Source: Macrostomum lignano (taxonomy: Eukaryota). From it: a DNA stretch of 37,793 nt. Shown piece after piece: positions 10,713 through 19,889 of the stretch. The stretch covers positions 1-37,793 of the forward strand of contig NIVC01004697.1 of NCBI GenBank assembly GCA_002269645.1. Reading direction: 5' to 3'. A program made the position numbers and the translations under genes. The stretch's first letter is position 1. The number at the start of each line of letters is the position of its first letter. Below the pieces are notes generated by a model. The model had not been told where the DNA came from. It made no database searches and saw only the letters and a program-made list of their open reading frames with translations.

Positions 10713-12689
10713 ATTTCCTGTAACTTCCCATACGTCCCATAGGCCTAACATTTAAATTTAATGATATTGAATCCAATCCAATGGCAACAGTTCTTCGATC
10801 ATTCATGTATTAATATTGAAATAAAGAGTGACAGCACTATAGTTTTGCTTACCTTACCCACCTAATTTAGGCTGACTATCACTGTTAGACTATTCACTGA
10901 TTCATTGACATTGTCATTAGGCATTTAGGCCTAAAAGTAGGCACTCCAATCCCCAATCAGATTTTGAAAGTTAAAATTTCACTATTTTAACTTTTTTCAT
11001 TTAATAAATCTCATTTGCCTTAGTAAAAAGACATCTTACTTAAGGCTTAATTTAGAAGATTAGGCACTGATCATTTATTCTTAGCCTTTACTTAGGAGGC
11101 CTAACTTAACCAATTTCTATGTCCAATATAATATTTTTTAGGAAAATATATTAAAATATAAATTATAAATATATATAATATAGTTTGTCATTGCTCTAAG
11201 CCCTTATGAAGTCTAGATAGGCCTATAGGCCTACTTGTAAAAAAAAATTTTTCTCAATGAAAAATGCCATACTTAGACTCTTAGTTAGAGACTCTTAGTT
11301 AGATGACTACTAAGTTAGAGACATAGTAGCCATAACATGGCAAACTTCTTATAATATAACATTTATAATAGGGCCTAATCTGTAAGTTCAAATACTTACG
11401 GATATACCTACATATATACTTGCGGCTGATAATTATAATTTAATATAATAATAATTTATTATTTTATTTTAATTAAAAAACTTCAAAAGTTCAAGATAGA
11501 AAAAATTCTGCTTGCTAAAAAATTTTAAATGAAAAAAATGCCAACCTCTTAGGATTTAATTCAAACCTTCCTACATGCAATCACAAAGCAATTGACATAT
11601 CCACTAAGCCACCATTTGCTTATAAGAGAGCCCTACAAAACATATATTTTATATCTAAATATACTAAATCTCTAAGGTTTGTTTATATGCTTGAATGCTT
11701 GTCCATAATGCTCTAGAGCGAGCAATTCTTCACCATCCTAATACTAAAACTGATGCAATGTTTGTGTGTAGGCCCTATGTATGTTTGTTGCAAGTGAACT
11801 CCTACAATACTGGCAAGTTAGCATCAAAACTTATATGGGAAAACTGCAAATTTTCCCAAATCAGCTTTAGGCTATTTTAATTTTTAATTTTTGCATTTTA
11901 ATATCTCTAAAAAAGCAGAAATCTGATTTCTTAACCTTCTTTGGCCTTTCTATCTTTCTAGTAGAGGGTTGGCAGTCTGTTTGTAAAAATAGCCACCCCA
12001 ACCTCCACCCGCTGGTTGCTGTGTATTGAGGGGTTGTGGGTGCGTGTGTTCTGCGTTCAATGAAAATAAAAACCCCCATGTGTTGGGGTTCAGTTAAATT
12101 TAATGCTTCCCGCAGAATGGAGGGTTGGGCTTGGGCTGAGTGTACACAGCAGTTGTACAGTATAAACAGATAGATAGGACTGTGTTAAGATTCAATTGTT
12201 TTTATTATTGGCACCTTTTTTCTCCATAGGCAGCCCTGTGTATTAGCTTGGCAGTGAAATTCAATGAATTGCGAGCTTCTCTAGCAAGCAGTCGGGAAAT
12301 TGGTAAATTTCAAACGCTAACTGTTCCTTGAGTTTTAAACTTTGAGAAGAGAGACTTATATTGCTAGAAAGATCTTGCAACGCTGAGTTCGCGGATATAA
12401 GTTGTTTGCTTTAAATATGAAAACTAAAATCACAGCATTAAAAAAATGATTTCTATACTTTTGCAAAGATTGCATTCATTTTTGCGATAGGGCAGAGATT
12501 AAAGCTGGGGGGGTTAATTTCTACTTGCCACTGTGTATTGGAGGGGTTGGTTGCCATGTATTGGAGGGTTGATTTAGGTTGTGCAACTATATTGCTAACT
12601 TTAACTGAGACTGATACTGGCTGACTGAGAAATCGATTGCGCAATCTATTGCTTCAATTAGTTCATTTTTTATTATTGCCGCCTTTTAA

Positions 12690-13365
12690 CAGGAGGAAAG
12701 AGTGAGAGAGGAGAGATTAGACATGAAAGATAGGAGAGAAGAGGGGAGTATAGCAAGAATAAAGAGGGAGAAAGAAGAGGAGATGAAGGGAGAGGATATG
12801 AGAGAGGAGATATGAGATAGCAGAGAGGAGACAAGAGAGAGAAGAAAGGAGGGATAAGAGTGTACAGAGGCAATAGAAGAGAGGAAAGAGAGGAGAGAGG
12901 AGACAGGAGGTGGTAGAAAGGAGTGTAAAAACAGGAGATAAGAAAGGAGAGAGTAAGAGTGAGAGCATATAGGAAAGATGAAAATGAGAGCAGAGGAGAG
13001 ATAATAGATAAGTGAGTAGAGAAGAGATATGAAAGAGGAGAGAAGAGGGGAGAGTGGAGACAGGAGAGAGTAAATTTGAAAGACCTGGGAGAAGAGATAA
13101 ATAAGATAGTACAGATGAGAGGAGAGAGAGAAGAGATGAGAGATGCAATGAGAAAAGAAATGAGTGAGAAAATAAGAGAGAGAAAGAGACTTGAGAAGAG
13201 AGGGGAGAAGATGAGAGGAGAAAGGAAAAGAGAGAAGAGAGAATGGAGAGGAGAGAAAAGAGAGGAGACAGAAGACGGTAGTAAGGAGGGCAGAAAGATG
13301 GGAGATAAGAAAGGAGAGGATGATATGAGAGATATGAGATATGAGAAACAAGAGCAGAGACATGA
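12690..13365. repeat. Purine-rich (GA) low-complexity tract
   Basis: Degenerate AG/AGG/AGAG repeats with almost no C. This explains the Ser/Leu-rich and Arg/Glu-rich ORFs here. Confidence 0.9.
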
Positions 13366-14489
13366 GAGTCCAAGTCTGGACAATGCCAATGAATTTTTGC
13401 AAATAGGGAAAACAAGATATCTGGTAATTAAAATGCATTGTAGAGGATTTGGAGATGATTTGGAAGATGGGATTCAAGTCATGGAGTTTCAGCTGATGGG
13501 AGTTCTTCCCCTTCAGAATTCTGGTGATGGGAGTTCTTCCCCTTTCTCCTCCAGAGGAGGAGTTCCACTGGTTGATGATAATAGCCATGCCTATAAGCTC
13601 AAATATTATAGACAAGGCTGCTGTGCCTATAAGCTCCAATATATAGACATGGCCGCCATGCCTATAAGTACTCCAAATGAAAAAAATACAAATTTTCCCT
13701 TATTTCAAATTTATGTTTGCCTTTTATTAATATAATTATGACTATGTTGTACAGTTATTCTAATATTCAGTTGCAAGAATATCTATTTTATATATTTAAA
13801 TTGCTTATTGCTAATTAATTTCATTGTATACATTTAATGTTATAGTCTATAGCAAATAAAGCCTAATATAACTTTATAATCTAAATATTCTGGAAATTGT
13901 TTTGAATGTTGTAGGGGCAATTTAATTATAGTTTGATCTTACTGTTTTATCACCAAAATTGTTATAGAGGTTGGGGTTATACCAAATTGTTATAGAGGGG
14001 TTCTGGGAATTTTTTGGGTTTCAGGAAGAAATGTTCAAATTCTACTAATAGAAGGAATAAGCCTGAGGTTGCTCCTGGTGGCATAGTGTCCAAGTGGCAA
14101 GACACTGTCTATTAAAGCTAAATTTAATCCAAAGGAGGGCTGTGTAATGGACTAGAGAGTTGCCTAGGAAACTAGGCACACTAAGGAGGGAATTTCAACA
14201 AGGAAAGTTTGGTATTAGGGGAGGGTAGGGTATTTAAGAAGGGAAATAAGAGGGCAGTATGCCTAATCAAGGAAAAATAGGCAAGAAGCCTTAACTGGGT
14301 AAGGAGGAAATATGCCTAATATGGGAATTGAGTAGGCAGGGAAGTTTAGGCGGCAAGCCTAGTAGGGTAAGGAGGCAATATGCCTGACAGGAGATAGAGA
14401 TAAGCAATGCCAGGGTAGATAATGAGTCTGGATAGGGAGTTGGCAGAATGCTAGGTCAGGCTAAAGGGCTGGGGATAGGGAGAGGCTGC

Positions 14490-15187
14490 CAAGGACGACT
14501 TAAGTAGAAGGACGGGAAACCTCGTTTCTTAGAAAATTTTTGAAGGCACTCTTTCCCGAAAAAATACACTGCGGAGATAGGAAATTTTCATTTTTTCAGC
14601 ACAAAAATTGCTATAACTTTTGATAGGAGGCAGATACAGTGTTGATCTTTTGATATGTTGTGCCTTTTTTATTGCTCTATCGATATTTATAAAGCTTTCC
14701 GTTCAGAAAATTAGGATTCTATGTTAATTTTTTATTCTACGTATATTTTCATGTGTCTTGTGCTTGAAATATATTAGAATGCCACGGCTTGGCTCTTTGA
14801 TTTTATGAGTCTATTTTATCCTTCTTACCTGACTGTATAGCAAATAGTCGTAACATAGATGATAAAATAGATTCATAAAACCAAATATTAGAGCTGTGTC
14901 ATGCATTTTTGTGATTTTTAGATACAGGAAATATATGTAGAATAAAAAATTAACATGGAATCCTAATTTTCTGAACGAAAAGCTTTATAAATATCGATAG
15001 AGCAATAAAAAAGGCACAACATATCAAAAGATCAACACTGGATCTGCCTCCTATCAAAAGTTATAGCAATTTTTGTGCTGAAAAAATGAAAATTTCCTAT
15101 CTCCGCAGTGTATTTTTTCGGGAAAGAGTGCCTTCAAAAATTTTCTAAGAAACGAGGTTTCCCGTCCTTCTACTTAAGTCGTCCTTG
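14490..15187. mobile_element. Long-hairpin MITE (698 bp) with P-type ends
   Basis: Near-perfect TIRs of about 260 bp (14490-~14751 and ~14927-15187) start CAAGGACGACTT. A perfect 8-bp TSD GAGGCTGC lies at 14482-14489 and 15188-15195. The interior is also weakly palindromic (TTTTATGAGTCTATTTTATC / GATAAAATAGATTCATAAAA). Confidence 0.92.
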
Positions 15188-15447
15188 GAGGCTGCATGCC
15201 TGTTCAGCCAGGGAAGGAAGGGACAAGCAAGTCGCCTAGGGAGGGGAAAAGCTATAAGCTCTTGAGAGAGAGACAAGGGAGAGAGGGAGGAGACTGCATG
15301 TCTCTAAAGGAATAAGTTTGACTCAATGGCTATATTTAGAATATGGGCAGCACTGAAGCCTAAAAGCAGCACAAGCTATAGACTGCAAGTATGAGATGGG
15401 AGCTAGCAAAGGTTGCTCTCCTCTGGATATAATTCTTTGTATTTATA

Positions 15448-16645
15448 CACCATTTTACCTCCTCAAACACTCAAACACCTAATTCAAACACTAAGAAATA
15501 ACAGCCCTTGCAGAAATTCAATTCAAGCAAAGTCCCTTTCTATTGAAATAGACAAACTTCAATTCAGACTGTCTATGGCCAAAATTGTCCCCAAGTGACG
15601 CGCATGCGCCGATTTGAAATTCAAAAGAAACAAAGTCACATTCTATTTCGACAAAGGGATAAAACACAGCATATTGACAAACATAAGAGTAAAATGAAAA
15701 ACAGGAACAAGACAGTGTCAGTTGGCCAACTTGAGACATCTAACCATCAATTGCCTGTCCACCAACGCAGCAAGGGACGCATGTAAACACATGGTTCAAC
15801 CACTCAGTGCATTTGTCCACAGAGATGTAGCCAATGGTTCTGTCCACCATGCTGTACAGAATGTCTCGCCAATAGGCTGCCATTGACTGATTGCCATGCT
15901 ACTCAGCTATTGGAGCAATGAAATTTTGCTGGTCTGCTGCCAGTTTTCTCTTCAGAGTGTCCTTCAAACAGGAGATTGAGTTCTCAACAGGACTCAAAAA
16001 TGGACTGTATGATGGAAGCCGCTTGACCTGAATGGTGTCCGCAATCTCATAGGCTGCTTTTCCGCTCTCCCTGACCTCACAGTTGTATTCACTGTTGACC
16101 TCTTGACTCCAAGTTGGCGGGCGTGCCAGTTCCACAAGTCATCCCCATGATCAGCAGCCCTGATGATATGGTCTGTCACTGTTGCTTAAACAATAGCTCA
16201 CTGCCGAGGCTGCTTTTCCATGATATCTTCATCGAATTCTGCTTCAAATTCATTGATTCTATCTTCTTCCAGCAATTCATCCTCTTATTCAATCTGATCT
16301 TCAGCATTCATATCGTTTCTTATTGCGCAACAATTGTATAGTATGCAGTACAGGAAAAACAAAAAAGTTAGATTAATGTACTAAAATGTACTTGTACCTA
16401 TGTGCAAAAATCTCTGTCAAAATAGAAGGTGACTCTGTTTCTTTTGAATTTCAAATCTGCACATGAGCGTCATTCGGGGACAATTTTGGCCATAGACAGT
16501 CTGAATTTAAGTTTTTCTGTTTCAATAGAAAGGGACTTTGTTTGAATTGAATTTCCGCAAGGGCTGATATTTCTTAATGTTTAAATTGAAGTTCTGCTTG
16601 TTTCTTTTGAACAAGACTTTGTTCAAAATATGAGGTAAAATGTTG
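15448..16645 (-). mobile_element. Tc1/IS630-like transposon, internally deleted (1198 bp)
   Basis: Ends CACCATTTTACCTC and GAGGTAAAATGTTG are each flanked by TA (15446-47, 16646-47). Inner TIRs of about 175 bp lie at ~15481-15655 and ~16410-16590. The minus strand encodes an HTH remnant (ARQLGVKRSTVNTTVRSGR) fused to the DDE_3-type C-terminal motif RLPSYSPFLSPVENSISCLK, with in-frame stops. Confidence 0.88.
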
Positions 16646-17777
16646 TAGTAAGTTTAACTGTTTAATCAATATGTCAGACAATTTCAAACAAAAATAGTGT
16701 ACTACAAGAGCAATTACAAATATGCAGAGCAAAAAACTAAGTTTCTAATAAACATGTTTACTTATTTGATGAGTTACTACTAGTAATAATAAGACTTGTG
16801 ATTCTTATATACGTTAATAAATGATGAGGTAAGTTTTGATAGATTTACACTAATAAAGTTGTGCAATTGATTTCTTAGCAAGGCAGAGTAATTAAGGCAA
16901 ACTTCCTAAAATGTATAGAGGTTTTAAAAAAAGATTTTTATAGGCAAAATGGCTAATGAATTCAATGTTTATACAAAAAGAATGCTATTAAGTATTAATG
17001 AGGCAAAGATGATTAAGGCTAAGACATGATATATGCAAAAATATATTGACATTTTTTTATTTTTACATGAACAATCTAAATAAATATATAAATAAAACTA
17101 AATTACTTTTTTATTATTTAAATAAAGTATATTTTGCTATTTAAATAATATATTTTGCTATTTAAATAATATATTATATGCCTACTTTTAGTAGACCTAT
17201 CAAATAATTTACTTTATTGGTTAAATATATCAACAAGTTATGCTTCAAGTCATACATGTGCAACCCCTTGATTTACACTGGCTATAAAGCTTACTTTTTG
17301 ACCAGAAATGTGGTTACCTAGAAAAGAAACCTAAGCAAAATTAATTTAATTTTGGTAAAACAATAGGAATAACTATAGTAATATGAAGGCCAATTGCCTC
17401 ATTATCTAATTATTACTAAGGCTCACTGAGGGCATTGCTGAGATGCCAAGGCTCACTGGGGGTATTGTTGAGATGCACAGGCAGCAGGCTTAAAAAGGAG
17501 TTGTTGAGATTGTGTTACTCAGATAGGAAATGCTATTAATCTCAATAATCTCTTAAGAAACTAAAAAAATATTGACCATGCAAGGCTTTCTATGTGTAGT
17601 TATAGAATTTTTTATTCCCTCCCAGTATGGCTAGTTCAATCACTTTAAACCTATGTTACCGTTCACTGCGTAAAAATTATCAAGGCTTAGCAGACATGTC
17701 AACTGCTTATGCAATGAATTAAAATATGAAAACTTTATTGCATGCTTAAAACAGCGGTTTAATCGCGGCGCACTGAC

Positions 17778-17966
17778 ATGGCCAAGTCCAAGAACCACAC
17801 CAATCACAACCAGAACCGCAAGCACCACCGCAATGGCATTTACCGGCCAAAGAATCAGCGCTATCCCTCTCTGAAGGGCGTCGATCCGAAGTTCCTGAGG
17901 AACATGCGCTTCGCTAAGAAGCACAATAAGAACAGCTCGGCTGGCGCGGTCAAGGATAAGAAATAG
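17778..17966 (+). CDS. RPL29: 60S ribosomal protein L29 (eL29), intronless CDS, 62 aa
   Basis: [24 protein letters not shown]...[22 protein letters not shown] is the canonical eL29 sequence; the ORF is intact. Confidence 0.97.
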   Translation: MAKSKNHTNHNQNRKHHRNGIYRPKNQRYPSLKGVDPKFLRNMRFAKKHNKNSSAGAVKDKK

Positions 17967-18282
17967 ATGGCTTGGACTGGATGCCGTGCCATTTGCCTGG
18001 CATCACGGACTTGAGGCTCGCTTGACTTTAATGTGTCATGAAATATACTTGAATTGGCATCCAGAGGTTTAACTAAACCCTGCGTGCATGGCTTGATTAG
18101 CTTGACCTTGGAAACAAAGACCTCGGTATCTTCACTTATTCCATCATTAATTGCTCTGAAGTGCAGCTTGTTAGTTAAACTTATTGTACGGCTTCTGTAA
18201 AATTAGCTAGAAGTCCAGATCACTCAGTGAATAAGATAGATTTGCTAGCTTTTCCTCTTCTGCCCATCCACAGTTTCTTTAT

Positions 18283-19516
18283 TGTCCATCACCGATTTCC
18301 CTGTTGTTCATCACTGATTTCCCTGTTGTTCATCACTGATTTCCCTGTTGTTCATCACTGATTTCCCTGTTGTTCATCACCGATTTCCCTGTTGTACATC
18401 ACTGATTTCCCTGTTGTTCATCACTGATTTCCCTGTTGTTCATCACTGATTTCCCTGTTGTACATCACTGATTTCCTTGTTGTCCATCACCGATTTCCCT
18501 GTTGTACATCACCGATTTCCCTGTTGTACATCACTGATTTCCCTGTTGTTCATCACTGATTTCCCTGTTGTTCATCACTGATTTCCCTGTTGTCCATCAC
18601 CGATTTCCCTGTTGTTCATCACTGATTTCCCTGTTGTCCATCACCGATTTCCCTGTTGTTCATCACTGATTTCCCTGTTGTACATCACTGATTTCCCTGT
18701 TGTACATCACTGATTTCCCTGTTGTTCATCACTGATTTCCCTGTTGTCCATCACTGATTTCCCTGTTGTCCATCACTGATTTCCCTGTTGTACATCACTG
18801 ATTTCCTTGTTGTCCATCACCGATTTCCCTGTTGTACATCACCGATTTCCCTGTTGTACATCACTGATTTCCCTGTTGTTCATCACTGATTTCCCTGTTG
18901 TCCATCACCGATTTCCCTGTTGTTCATCACTGATTTCCCTGTTGTACATCACTGATTTCCCTGTTGTACATCACCGATTTCCCTGTTGTACATCACTGAT
19001 TTCCCTGTTGTCCATCACTGATTTCCCTGTTGTCCATCACCGATTTCCCTGTTGTACATCACTGATTTCCCTGTTGTACATCACTGATTTCCCTGGATGC
19101 CACTGATTTCCCTGTTGTCCATCACTGATTTCCCTGTTGTACATCACTGATTTCCCTGTTGTCCATGTCCAATCCGCAGTTGTCCGTATCCAATTCCCCT
19201 GCTGTCCATATCCAATTCCCCTGTTGTCCGTATCCAATTCCCCTGTTGTCCATATCCAATTCCCCTGTTGTCCATATCCAATTCCCCTGTTGTCCATATC
19301 CAATTCCCCTGCTGTCCATATCCAATTCCCCTGTTGTCCATATCCAATTCCCCTGTTGTCCATATCCAATTCCCCTGCTGTCCATATCCAATTCCCCTGT
19401 TGTCCATATCCAATTCCCCTGTTGTCCATATCCAATTCCCCTGCTGTCCATATCCAATTCCCCTGTTGTCGATATACAATTCCCCTGTTGTCCATATCCA
19501 ATTCCCCTGTTGTCCA
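18283..19516. repeat. Bipartite 22-bp minisatellite (~40 copies type A, then ~16 copies type B)
   Basis: Type A CATCACTGATTTCCCTGTTGT(T/A/C) runs to about 19164. Type B CATATCCAATTCCCCTGTTGTC runs 19166-19516 and resumes at 19815-~19860. Confidence 0.97.
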
Positions 19517-19814
19517 CATACATGTGCAACCTCCAAAATTCGGTCAGCCGTGCGACTTAGTTTTAACAAAAATGCGACGTAGTTTTTGGCCAAAAATGCG
19601 ACTTACATATAAAAAAACCCGAAAGCAAAATTAACGCAACTTTGGGTAAACGGCAGGAGTAACTATGACTGTTTTATTAAGCTAAAATGCCTCGTCAGCT
19701 ACTTAGTACTACTCTTCAGGTTATTTTTTGGGTGGGCATTTTTGCGACTTCCTTGATTGGCCGCCAAATCGGTCGGCCGGATCGGCCGACTCGGCCGACT
19801 GTTGCGCATGTATG
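19517..19814. mobile_element. 298-bp MITE (hAT- or P-like) carrying a 28S rRNA fragment
   Basis: 14-bp TIRs CATACATGTGCAAC and GTTGCGCATGTATG (13/14 match). An 8-bp TSD GTTGTCCA lies at 19509-19516 and 19815-19822. The element is inserted in the type-B minisatellite. Confidence 0.75.
19644..19707 (+). other. 64-nt fragment homologous to 28S rRNA (helix 69-71 region); not an rRNA gene
   Basis: GGGTAAACGGCAGGAGTAACTATGACT matches the conserved eukaryotic LSU sequence at 26/27, and AAATGCCTCGTCAGCTACTTAGT matches at 21/23. The intervening 14 nt differ. Compared against the recalled conserved sequence GGGTAAACGGCGGGAGTAACTATGACTCTCTTAAGGTAGCCAAATGCCTCGTCATCTAATTAGT. Confidence 0.85.
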
Positions 19815-19889
19815 GTTGTCCATATCCAATCCCCCTGCTGTCCATGTCTAATTGTCCACAAACTTCATGCGCTGAAGCCTCCAGCAGCC

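Noticed and set aside
12673-13735. Ser/Leu-rich and Arg/Glu-rich ORFs of 219-317 aa
   Set aside because: They arise from a stop-poor GA-rich tract and show no domain or splice support.
15596-15607. GTGACGCGCATG, matching 28S rRNA just downstream of the R2 site
   Set aside because: Only 12 nt long, lies inside a Tc1 TIR, and the opposite TIR has a different sequence; chance match.
18807-19634. Repetitive ORFs (GQQGNWIWTTGELDMDNRGIGY and similar)
   Set aside because: They are translations of the 22-bp minisatellite; the same peptide appears in several frames because the unit length is not a multiple of 3.
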